Positions 44,901 to 52,198 of a DNA stretch of 52,198 nucleotides are shown in pieces. The notes below the pieces were generated by a model that saw only the letters and a list, made by a program, of their open reading frames with translations, was not told where the DNA came from and did no database searches. How positions within the stretch are numbered: position 1 is the first letter of the stretch; each line of letters begins with the position of its first letter. The stretch covers positions 1 to 52,198 of the forward strand of contig DATMBY010000298.1 in assembly GCA_035558995.1 (NCBI GenBank). The letters run 5' to 3'. The stretch comes from Solirubrobacterales bacterium. Lineage in GTDB: Bacteria; Actinomycetota; Thermoleophilia; Solirubrobacterales; 70-9. Made by a program: the position numbers and the translations under genes.

Positions 44901-45464
44901 GTGACTATTTCGACGAACCAGTTCAAGAACGGGACCCACATCGAGATCGACGGCAAGATCTGGAAGATCATCGAGTTCCAGCACGTGAAGCCGGGCAAGG
45001 GCGGCGCCTTCGTGCGGACGAAGCTGCGGCGGATCGAGGACGGGTCGGTGATCGACAAAACCTTCAGGGCGGGGGAGAAGTTCCGCCCGGTGCGGACCGA
45101 ATCGAAAAAGATGCAGTACCTCTACGACTCGGGCGATGCCGCCGTCTTCATGGACTCCCAGGACTACGACCAGATCGAAATCCCCCAGGAGCAGCTCGGG
45201 GACTCGATGCAGTGGGTGCTGCCGAACGCCGAGGTCGACGTCCTCTTCGTCGACGAGCAGCCGAGCGACGTGCAGGTCCCGAGCGCAATCGAGATGAAGG
45301 TCACCCAGACCGATCCCGGCCTCAAAGGCGACACCGCATCAGGTGGCGGCAACAAGCCCGCGACGCTGGAGTCCGGCGTCGTCGTCCAGGTGCCGCTCTT
45401 CATCGAGGAGGGCGAATCGGTCCGGGTCGACACGCGCAGCGGCGAGTACATCTCCCGCGCCTGA
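44901..45464 (+). CDS. efp: Elongation factor P
   Basis: VTISTNQFKNGTHIEIDGKIWKIIEFQHVKPGKGGAFVRTKLR... with a GTG start at 44901. Confidence 0.95.
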   Translation: MTISTNQFKNGTHIEIDGKIWKIIEFQHVKPGKGGAFVRTKLRRIEDGSVIDKTFRAGEKFRPVRTESKKMQYLYDSGDAAVFMDSQDYDQIEIPQEQLGDSMQWVLPNAEVDVLFVDEQPSDVQVPSAIEMKVTQTDPGLKGDTASGGGNKPATLESGVVVQVPLFIEEGESVRVDTRSGEYISRA

Positions 45465-45498
45465 CCGCTCCGCGGTCCGGCGCTGAAACAATGCACCC

Positions 45499-45876
45499 AT
45501 GCGCAGATCCGACCAGCGGCGGGACGCCGTCTTCGCCAACTACCAGCGCGACGTGACCGGTCGCCCGCTGGCGGAGCTGCTGGGCGAGGCGCGATCGCTG
45601 ACGCGGGAGCTGGCCGAGGGCGTCGACACCCACCGCGAAGAGCTCGACGACACGATCGCCGGCCACGCGAAGGGCTGGACGGTCGACCGGATCGCGCCTC
45701 TCGACATGAACGTGATGCGGACCGCGCTCTACGAGATGGAGTTCACCGACACCCCGCCCGAGGTCGCGATCAACGAGGCGGTGGAGATCGCCAAGGAGTA
45801 CTGCGGGGCGGACGCGCCGAAGTTCGTCAACGGCATCCTTGGCGCCGTCGCGCGCGAGCGGGAGCCGGCCAAGTGA
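45499..45876 (+). CDS. nusB: Transcription antitermination factor NusB
   Basis: RRDAVFANYQ, WTVDRIAPLDMNVMRTALYEM, INEAVEIAKEY, KFVNGILGAV. Confidence 0.9.
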   Translation: MRRSDQRRDAVFANYQRDVTGRPLAELLGEARSLTRELAEGVDTHREELDDTIAGHAKGWTVDRIAPLDMNVMRTALYEMEFTDTPPEVAINEAVEIAKEYCGADAPKFVNGILGAVAREREPAK

Positions 45877-46049
45877 GCGCGCGCCTGCGCGAGATCTCCC
45901 AGCGCCTGCGCGAGATCACGGCGCAGCTGCAGTCCGAGGAGACGAGCGACGAGGTCGCCGCCCAGCTTGCCGCGGAGGCAGCCGACCTCTCGGCCGAGGC
46001 GGTCGAGGAGGCCAACCGCGAGGCGCGGCAGCAGGCGAGCGCCGAGTAG
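45873..46049 (+). CDS. 58-aa coiled-coil ORF, possibly exodeoxyribonuclease VII small subunit-like
   Basis: Not in the ORF track (under 60 aa). GTG overlaps the nusB stop. VSARLREISQRLREITAQLQSEETSDEVAAQLAAEAADLSAEAVEEANREARQQASAE. It occupies the xseB position of the conserved xseB-ispA-dxs arrangement. Sequence match is only pattern-level. Confidence 0.35.
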   Translation: MSARLREISQRLREITAQLQSEETSDEVAAQLAAEAADLSAEAVEEANREARQQASAE

Positions 46050-46053
46050 TCGC

Positions 46054-46917
46054 TTGAGCTACCCCGACGATCTGCGCGGGCTCGTCGACGACGCCCTCGC
46101 GAACCTGAGCTTCTCCGTCGCCAACTCCACGGCCGGTCTGGAGGAGGCGATGCGCTATTCGCTGCTGGCCGGCGGCAAGCGGGTGCGGCCGGTGCTCGCC
46201 CTCGCGACCGCGCGCTCGCTCGGCGCCGAGCCCGGGCGCTTCCTCCCGGTCTCCTGCGCGATCGAGCTGATCCACACCTACTCGCTGATCCACGACGACC
46301 TGCCGGCGATGGATGACGACGAGCTGCGGCGCGGCCTGCCGACCTCGCACGTCAAGTTCGGCGAGGACGTCGCGATCCTCGCCGGCGACGGGCTCTTCGC
46401 CGAGGCGATGCGCCTCTTCTGCGAGCAGCCGGGGGAGCCGGCGCGGGTGCTGGCGGCGCTGCGCGAGCTGGCGGCGGCAACCGGGGTCGACGGCATGGTC
46501 GGCGGCCAGTACGTGGACGTGGTCGGCACCGAGTCAGACGCCGAGGGGCTGCGCGCCCTGCACGCGCTGAAGACCGGGCGGCTGATCGCCGCCAGCGTCA
46601 ACGTGGTCCTGCTGCTGGAGGGAGCCGCCGAACCTGAGACAATGCCTTATCGCCGTTTCGCCGAGGAGTTGGGCGTGCTGTTTCAGATCGTCGACGACAT
46701 CCTCGACGTGACCGAGTCGGACGAGCAGCTCGGCAAGCCACATGGAAGCGACGAGAGACATGGCAAACTCACCTACGTCAGCCTTTTCGGGCTCGATCGG
46801 GCCCGTGAGCTGGCGGCCGAGTCCCACGCCAAGGCAACCGCGGCGCTGGCCGAGGCCGACGGCGAGACGGACGACCTGAGGCGCGTGGCCGACTACATCT
46901 TCACGAGGAACGAATGA
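46054..46917 (+). CDS. ispA: Polyprenyl (farnesyl/geranylgeranyl) diphosphate synthase
   Basis: GGKRVRP, LIHTYSLIHDDLPAMDDDELRRG (first DDxxD region), FQIVDDILD (second DDxxD), GKPHGSD. TTG start inside track ORF 45967..46917. Confidence 0.9.
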   Translation: MSYPDDLRGLVDDALANLSFSVANSTAGLEEAMRYSLLAGGKRVRPVLALATARSLGAEPGRFLPVSCAIELIHTYSLIHDDLPAMDDDELRRGLPTSHVKFGEDVAILAGDGLFAEAMRLFCEQPGEPARVLAALRELAAATGVDGMVGGQYVDVVGTESDAEGLRALHALKTGRLIAASVNVVLLLEGAAEPETMPYRRFAEELGVLFQIVDDILDVTESDEQLGKPHGSDERHGKLTYVSLFGLDRARELAAESHAKATAALAEADGETDDLRRVADYIFTRNE

Positions 46918-48956
46918 GCGAACAGCCCCCCACCCAGGGCACCGAAGACGAGACGAGAGAGCCGCTGCTTTCCGGGATCGAAGGCCCCGAGGATCTGCAC
47001 GGCCTCGACGAGGAGCAGCTGCAGCAGGTGGCGCAGGAGATGCGCACCTACATCATCGACACGATCGGGGAGATCGGCGGCCACTTCGGCGCCAACCTCG
47101 GCACCTGCGAGCTCGCCGTCGCCCTCCACAGCCTGCTCGACTCCCCCCGCGACAAGGTCCTCTGGGACGTCGGCCACCAGGCCTACCCGCACAAGGTCCT
47201 CACCGGCCGCCGCGACCGGCTGCCGACGATCCGCCAGTACGACGGCCTGGCCCCGTTCTGCTCGATCCCGGAGTCCGAGCACGACGTCATGGGCGCCGGC
47301 CACGCCTCGACCTCGATCGGCTACGCGGTCGGTCTGAAGGAGGCGATGCGCAAGGGGATCGGAACCGACGGCAAGGTGGCGGCGGTGATCGGCGACGGCG
47401 CCCTCACCGGTGGTGTCGCCTACGAGGCGCTGCACGCTGCCGGCGGCCTGCAGACGCCGATCGTGATCGTCCTCAACGACAACGGGATGTCGATCTCGCC
47501 CAACGTCGGCGCCCTCTCGCGCTACTTCAACCGGATCCGCCTCAACCCGCGCCTCTGGCACGCCCGCGAGGGGGTCGAGGACCGGCTGACGAAGCTGCCG
47601 CTGGGCCTGGGCAAGCAGATCGAGAGGCTCGGCCCGGAGATCAAGGCGGCGATCAAGGCCTACTGGGCGCCGGGGCTCTTCTTCGAGGAGCTCGACCTCG
47701 CCTACATGGGCGTGATCGACGGCCACGACGTACACGCCCTGCGCGACGCGCTCCGCGAGGCCTTCGAAGCCGAACGCCCGGTCGTCGTCCACGTCCACAC
47801 GGTCAAGGGGAAGGGCTTCGCCCCGGCCGAAGAAGGCGGCCTGGAGTCGATGGAGGAGTGGCACGCGGCGAAGCCGAAGTCGATCGTAGACGGCCAGCCC
47901 GCGTCCGCTCCCAAGCCGGTCCCGGTGACCGAAACGGATTCGCCGGAGGGGATCGAGGTGCTCGAGAAGCCGCCCGCCGCCGGCTCGCCGCCGCAGTACA
48001 CGAAGGTCTTCGCCGAGGCGATGGTGGCCGAGGCGAGGGCCGATGCGCGCGTGATCGGGATCACCGCGGCGATGGCGGGGGGGACCGGCCTACAGAAGCT
48101 CTGCGACGAGCTGCCCGAGCAGTACTACGACGTCGGCATCGCCGAGCAGAACGCCGTCCTGCTCGCCAGCGGACTCGCGCTGCAGGGGGCGAAGCCGGTC
48201 TGCGCGATCTACTCGACCTTCCTCCAGCGCGCCTACGACCAGATCGTCCACGACGTCTGCCTCCAGGGCCTCGACGTCACCTTCGCGATGGATCGCGCCG
48301 GCCTGGTCGGCGACGACGGCCCGACCCACCACGGCGCCTTCGACGTCTCCTACTTCCGGCCGATCCCGAACGTGGTCGTGATGGCTCCGCGCGACGAGGC
48401 GATGCTGGTCCACATGCTGCACACCGCGATCGCCCACGACGGCCCGGCGGCGCTGCGCTACCCGCGCGGGGCGGCCGAGGGGGCCGAGCTGCCGGCGAAG
48501 CCCCAGCTGCTGGCGATCGGCAAGGGCGAGATCCTGGCCGAGGGGGAGCGAGTGGCCCTGCTCGGCTACGGCTACGGCGTCGCCGTCGCTCGCGAGGCCG
48601 CCGAGATCCTCGAGCAGCACGGGTTGAAGCCGACCGTCGCCGACGCGTGCTTCGCCAAGCCGATCGACGGGGAGTTGGCGGAGCGCCTCGCCCGCGAACA
48701 CGAGCTGGTGGTGACGGTCGAGGAGAACGTCCTTCCGGGCGGCTTCGGCTCGGCGGTGCTCGAGCACTTCGAGGACGCCTTCGCCGAGGCGCCCGGGGAG
48801 CGGGCGCGGGTCCTGCGGATCGGACTGCCCGACGCCTACGTCACCCACGGCAAGCCGGCGCTGCTCCGTGCCGAGGTCGGGCTGACGGGCGAGTCGGTCG
48901 CCGACCGCGTGCTCAGTTCCCTCCCCAGCGCGCAGCCGGCGCTGACCCCGAGTTAA
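46914..48956 (+). CDS. dxs: 1-deoxy-D-xylulose-5-phosphate synthase
   Basis: GGHFGANLGTCELAVALH, DVGHQAYPHKVLTGR, GAGHASTSI, IGDGALTGG, DVGIAEQNAV, DRAGLVGDDGPTHHG. Confidence 0.95.
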   Translation: MSEQPPTQGTEDETREPLLSGIEGPEDLHGLDEEQLQQVAQEMRTYIIDTIGEIGGHFGANLGTCELAVALHSLLDSPRDKVLWDVGHQAYPHKVLTGRRDRLPTIRQYDGLAPFCSIPESEHDVMGAGHASTSIGYAVGLKEAMRKGIGTDGKVAAVIGDGALTGGVAYEALHAAGGLQTPIVIVLNDNGMSISPNVGALSRYFNRIRLNPRLWHAREGVEDRLTKLPLGLGKQIERLGPEIKAAIKAYWAPGLFFEELDLAYMGVIDGHDVHALRDALREAFEAERPVVVHVHTVKGKGFAPAEEGGLESMEEWHAAKPKSIVDGQPASAPKPVPVTETDSPEGIEVLEKPPAAGSPPQYTKVFAEAMVAEARADARVIGITAAMAGGTGLQKLCDELPEQYYDVGIAEQNAVLLASGLALQGAKPVCAIYSTFLQRAYDQIVHDVCLQGLDVTFAMDRAGLVGDDGPTHHGAFDVSYFRPIPNVVVMAPRDEAMLVHMLHTAIAHDGPAALRYPRGAAEGAELPAKPQLLAIGKGEILAEGERVALLGYGYGVAVAREAAEILEQHGLKPTVADACFAKPIDGELAERLAREHELVVTVEENVLPGGFGSAVLEHFEDAFAEAPGERARVLRIGLPDAYVTHGKPALLRAEVGLTGESVADRVLSSLPSAQPALTPS

Positions 48957-49046
48957 TTGACCTAATCATTTTTGACGATTGATCCAAATGGCGCAATCGT
49001 TTAGCCTGCGCCAGTCTCTCCGGTGAGGAAGCAGGCGATAAGCCAA

Positions 49047-49104
49047 GCGCTTCTGGGGAAAAATCACCAGGGGAGGAGAGACGCGCTCTATATGTGTGGA
49101 TCCG
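49047..49104 (+). repeat. Copy A of a ~59-nt conserved non-coding direct repeat
   Basis: gcgcttctgggg..cagggGaggagaga..ctctatatgtgtggatccg. Shares three near-identical blocks with 50390-50448. Confidence 0.75.
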
Positions 49105-49190
49105 CTTGGGGAATCGGATCTCTCGCGCCCGCCGCTTAGGCCGGGGCGCGAGGCGCGTCTGCAGCTAGGCAGGGCGGTGGTCGGCCAAAG

Positions 49191-49223
49191 AAAAAGCGCC
49201 CGCCGATGGCGGGCGCTTTTATT
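49191..49223. terminator. Bidirectional intrinsic terminator
   Basis: aaaaaGCGCCCGCCgatGGCGGGCGCttttatt. 9-bp GC stem flanked by an A-run and a T-run. Lies 19 nt downstream of the stop of the minus-strand gene 49242..50114. Confidence 0.8.
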
Positions 49224-49241
49224 CCTCCTATGCGTTCTGCA

Positions 49242-50114
49242 CTATTTGTTGGCCCGCACGTATGCGGCTTCGCCCAGGTAGCTGGTTCCTTTGAGTTCAG
49301 CCGTGTTGGTGCCCGCGGCCGCCGGTACTCCGACGATCGAGTTCACGAGCGGATCGACTGCCCAGGAGAACAGGAAGCCTCCGCAGCCGTTCGCACCCGG
49401 CGCCGCAAACGAGTTGTCGACCAGGTTGTTGTTTTTCAGAGCGATGATCCTGAATTCTTCGAGACCTTCGAATTCGCCACCGCTGCCTTTGATCGGCGTG
49501 TTCGGCGGGGGCGGCGAGGTCGTGCCCGCGGTCAGGTTGAGTTTGATCGGATTCGAGTTGGACCCGATGTAGCAGCTGCTCCCGAGGAACGGGTTGTCCA
49601 GCTTGACCTTGACCGGCATCGCAAGGGCAATGCCTTCCTGGTTGAGGATATTGATCGGCGCCAGTTTCACCGATGAAGCCGGTCCGGCCAGTTCAACCGT
49701 CGCCGTCACGCCGGTAAAGCCGTTGTTGATGGTTTCGTTGAACAGGTCCTTGAGGATCTGCGGCCACCAGCTGGGAGCCGTGACTCCGAGGAGCCCGCCC
49801 GGCACCGGCTGAGCTGATTTGGACAGAACCTGCCCGTCGGTGGGCGCGTAGAAGTTCTGCGGCCCAAGCGGGTTTTCCGGTTCTATGTAGTCGGCTCCTC
49901 CCTTGAGGATCACCGGGTTTTTGATCGGCACGGCCTTGCTGCCCATCGTGAACGTTCCCGAGGTGGTTTCCGCGTACACGCAGAAGTCGATTGCGGTGAC
50001 GGCCGTCGGGCACTGCTGGAAACGCGCCCACGGCCCGGTGAGCGTCGCAGAGGCGGACGAGGCGGGCACGAGCATCACGGCAAGCGCGGCCACGACCAGA
50101 AATAGCCTTCTCAT
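49242..50114 (-). CDS. Secreted hypothetical protein (290 aa, signal peptide, 4 Cys)
   Basis: MRRLFLVVAALAVMLVPASSASA signal peptide. Asn/Gly/Pro-rich mature part with no motif I recognise. Lower GC than neighbours. GAAAGGA SD upstream of the ATG. Confidence 0.8.
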   Translation of the reverse strand: MRRLFLVVAALAVMLVPASSASATLTGPWARFQQCPTAVTAIDFCVYAETTSGTFTMGSKAVPIKNPVILKGGADYIEPENPLGPQNFYAPTDGQVLSKSAQPVPGGLLGVTAPSWWPQILKDLFNETINNGFTGVTATVELAGPASSVKLAPINILNQEGIALAMPVKVKLDNPFLGSSCYIGSNSNPIKLNLTAGTTSPPPPNTPIKGSGGEFEGLEEFRIIALKNNNLVDNSFAAPGANGCGGFLFSWAVDPLVNSIVGVPAAAGTNTAELKGTSYLGEAAYVRANK

Positions 50115-50359
50115 AGACTGGTCCTTTCAGTTGTTTGGCGCCGAGATCTCTCCCTCCCGGCCACTGGAACTCCCTGGTTCCAAGTGAAGCCCTTCTACCA
50201 AACAAGAATCGCTGCGGTGCCGTCGGGAAATCGCTAGGGTCGCCCAGGCCGCTCCGTGAGCGGGCTCAGCCCCAACGCCACCTTTTCGCGTGTGCATTTT
50301 CGAGCCAAGCTTCGAGGGAGCGTTGAATTAAAAGAAAGCGGGCGCTGGAAGATTCGTCC

Positions 50360-50391
50360 AACAGAAAACGCCCCGCCGGGGGAGGCGGGGC
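50360..50391 (-). terminator. Orphan minus-strand intrinsic terminator
   Basis: Reverse strand reads GCCCCGCC-TCCCCC-GGCGGGGC-GTTTTCTGTT. No annotated minus-strand gene ends upstream of it. Confidence 0.5.
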
Positions 50392-50448
50392 GCTTCTGGG
50401 GTTACTACAGGGAGGAGAGATATGTATCTCTATATATGTGTGGATCCG
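50390..50448 (+). repeat. Copy B of the ~59-nt conserved non-coding direct repeat
   Basis: gcgcttctgggg..cagggaggagaga..ctctatatATgtgtggatccg. Lies 1343 nt from copy A in the same orientation. Confidence 0.75.
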
Positions 50449-50766
50449 TGGGAGGTCGGTGAGCCCGGTTAATGTCGAGTGCGTCGCTGTGGGAAGCAGC
50501 GAGGCGATATATCGACGCGGGGATCAGCCTTGAAGTCTTGGTCCTGCTCCTTGATCGGTTTCCTCTTGCGAATCCTTGAACAGCGTACGAACGTATGTGC
50601 GACTTGTGTGTGAGTGGGGTCACAGAGTTGCTGCAATTGACGGACTCTGCGGGCTCCTACCCGGTTTGATCCAGGGACTAGGTCAAATTCGGTAAGCGGT
50701 GTTGCCGACTGTGCCAGCTCATTCTCAAGCTCGGATAAAAGGCCAGGCCGCGGGGGCCCCGGTAGC

Positions 50767-51561
50767 GTGTCCGCCGTGAAGAAGTCCCGGATAGACGCGG
50801 TTTTGGCCGACCGCGGGATCTTTCCCTCTCGCTCCGCCGCGGCCGGCGCGGTGCGGGCCGGCGAAGTGCGGATCGGGCAGGACGGGCCGGTGGCGCTGCG
50901 GCCGAGCCACCTGGTCGAGCCCGACGCCGACCTGATCGTCGACGAGGGGCCGCGCTACGTCTCCCGCGGCGGGACGAAGCTGGAGAACGCCCTCGAGGCG
51001 CTGGGGGTGGACGTCGCCGGCCGCGAGTGCCTCGACGTCGGCGCCTCCACCGGCGGCTTCACGGACTGCCTCCTGCAGCGGGGCGCCGCCCGTGTGGCCG
51101 CCGCCGACGTGGCCTTCGGGCAGCTCGACGTGCGCCTCCGGCATGACCCCAGGGTGCACGTGATCGAGCGGCTCAACGCCCGGGAGCTGCAGCCGGCCGA
51201 CCTGCCGTTCGTCCCTTCCCTGGCGACGATCGACGTCTCCTTCATCTCGCTGACCAAGGTGCTGCCGGCGGTGGCGCGGTGCATCGAGCAGCAGGGCGAG
51301 ATCCTGGCGATGGTCAAGCCGCAGTTCGAGCTGGGCCGCGAGCGCGTGGGGCGCGGGGTCGTCCGCGCCGCCGCCGACCGCCGCGAGGCGATCCTCGGGG
51401 TCGCCTCGGCTGCCCGCGACCTCGGCCTGCCGATCCGCGGCTTCGCCTCCTCGGGGCTGCCGGGCCCGAAGGGGAACCGGGAGACCTTCGTCTGGTGCGG
51501 CGCCGGGCCTGAGGTCGAGGATTTGGAAGCGGCGATCCTCGTCGTCGAGGGGGACGAGTGA
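50767..51561 (+). CDS. tlyA: TlyA-family rRNA (cytidine-2'-O)-methyltransferase
   Basis: S4-like N-terminus (RIDAVLADRGIFPSRSAAAGAVRAGEVRI), YVSRGGTKLENAL, CLDVGASTGGFTDCLLQRGA, DVSFISL, VKPQFE. Confidence 0.9.
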   Translation: MSAVKKSRIDAVLADRGIFPSRSAAAGAVRAGEVRIGQDGPVALRPSHLVEPDADLIVDEGPRYVSRGGTKLENALEALGVDVAGRECLDVGASTGGFTDCLLQRGAARVAAADVAFGQLDVRLRHDPRVHVIERLNARELQPADLPFVPSLATIDVSFISLTKVLPAVARCIEQQGEILAMVKPQFELGRERVGRGVVRAAADRREAILGVASAARDLGLPIRGFASSGLPGPKGNRETFVWCGAGPEVEDLEAAILVVEGDE

Positions 51562-52198
51562 AGACCGCGGCCCTGATCACCCACTCGCACCCGCCGAGCG
51601 CCTCGGAAGCAGTCGCCGTCGCGGCCGAGGTCGCGCAGGAGATGGGCTGGCGCCTGGCGGCGACCGAGCAGGAGCTGGAGAAGCACGGGCACGCCGCCGA
51701 AGGGATCGACGTCACCGCCGAACACACCGTGCCGGACATCTGCCTCGTCCTCGGCGGCGACGGCTCGATCCTCCACGCGCTGCGCCGCTACGCTCGCACC
51801 GAGGTGCCGGTCTTCGGCGTCAACTTCGGCACCGTCGGCTTCCTCGCGGCGGTCGAGCGCGACGAAGCGGCGGAGGGGATCCGCCGCGCCCTCGCCGGCG
51901 AGATCGAGACCGTCCACCTGCCGGGCCTCGAGGTGAAGGTCGACGGCACCGAGCAGGTTGGGCTCAACGACATCACCCTCGCCCGCCGCCCCCACGATCG
52001 CGTCGCCGAGCTGAGCTACCGGATCGCCGGCGAGGAGGTCGGGCACGTGCGCTGCGACGGGCTCGCGGCCGGGAGCGTTTCCGACGTGGAGGACGTCGCC
52101 CGGGGCGACGACGAGCGCGCGCGCGGTCAGCGAGTGGGGCGAGATGTAGCTGACCACGTAGCCCTTCACGCCCCAGGCCAGGATCGGGCCCTGATTGG
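51558..52198 (+). CDS. nadK: NAD kinase; recognisable only to ~52062 (through VRCDGL), remainder of the frame is non-NadK because the next segment is inverted
   Basis: GTG overlaps the tlyA stop. ICLVLGGDGSILHA, VFGVNFGTVGFLA, LNDITL, VRCDGL. Runs off the window, so it is not in the ORF track. Confidence 0.8.
   Translation, partial: MKTAALITHSHPPSASEAVAVAAEVAQEMGWRLAATEQELEKHGHAAEGIDVTAEHTVPDICLVLGGDGSILHALRRYARTEVPVFGVNFGTVGFLAAVERDEAAEGIRRALAGEIETVHLPGLEVKVDGTEQVGLNDITLARRPHDRVAELSYRIAGEEVGHVRCDGLAAGSVSDVEDVARGDDERARGQRVGRDVADHVALHAPGQDRALI
52063..52198 (-). other. Inverted internal nadK segment
   Basis: The reverse strand from 52198 reads (A)NQGPILAWGVKGYVVSYISPHSLTARALVVAPGDVLHVGNAPGREP, the conserved NadK region that normally follows CDGLxVxTPxGSTxY. 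See also the start of track ORF 50955..52169(-). Confidence 0.7.

Noticed and set aside
49093-49140. Tiny ORFs starting MCGS after a strong SD-like GGAGGAG in both repeat copies (also 50437..50463)
   Set aside because: Only the first four codons are shared. The peptides then diverge and terminate (15 vs 8 codons). The SD-to-ATG spacing (~13 nt or more) is long. I treat this as nucleotide-level rather than coding conservation.
50405-50623. 72-aa minus-strand ORF ending just before the orphan terminator
   Set aside because: The Arg/Ser/Thr/His-rich sequence has no motif, and the reading frame is not preserved in repeat copy A. A non-coding transcript is more likely.
50620-50680. agagtt...gtttgatcc strings reminiscent of the 16S rRNA 5' end
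   Set aside because: These are short, interrupted matches with no further rRNA-like sequence, so I treat them as coincidence.
1-52198. CRISPR arrays and rRNA genes
   Set aside because: No regularly spaced short direct repeats and no rRNA-like conserved blocks were seen on either strand.

Overview
High-GC chromosomal window of actinobacterial type (the taxon is a guess; no rRNA is present to confirm it). There are three zones.

(1) 1-3900: a large ATP-binding/TPR regulator that runs off the left edge, a DUF4242 protein, and an orphan 436-aa membrane protein.

(2) 3910-19755: a ~15.8-kb integrated element in the 3' half of a tRNA(CAT) gene, bounded by a perfect 45-nt direct repeat. It carries a tyrosine integrase, an Xis-like HTH protein, a MobF relaxase-helicase, four small DNA-binding proteins and an IS110-family insertion. 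It has two defence-type cargo loci. One is an AAA+ ATPase + S8 subtilase pair (IetAS-like). The other is a 1200-aa NACHT/STAND NTPase with HEAT repeats and a C-terminal RanBP2-type zinc finger. No coupling protein or T4SS gene is visible, so it looks like an integrative mobilizable element. The STAND protein and the ATPase-protease pair are the best candidates for a poorly described system.

(3) 19790-52198: tightly packed housekeeping genes, many with overlapping stop/start codons. These are an M29-like aminopeptidase, ftcD-like, hisS, aspS, an IscU-like::MnmA fusion, alaS, ruvX, mltG, aroE, aroC, an aroK::aroB fusion, aroQ, an M24 peptidase, a GGDEF protein, an M42 peptidase, LtrA, an SDR, a GAF-PP2C phosphatase, efp, nusB, an xseB-like small ORF, ispA-like, dxs, tlyA and nadK.

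Oddities in the core: two long perfect inverted-repeat elements in a convergent intergenic region; a lower-GC ~1.8-kb insertion between dxs and tlyA whose secreted-protein gene is bracketed by ~59-nt direct repeats; and an apparent local inversion inside nadK at the right edge.

Most long ORFs in the track are shadow frames caused by high GC. ORFs that run off a window edge are missing from the track. No CRISPR array or rRNA was seen.
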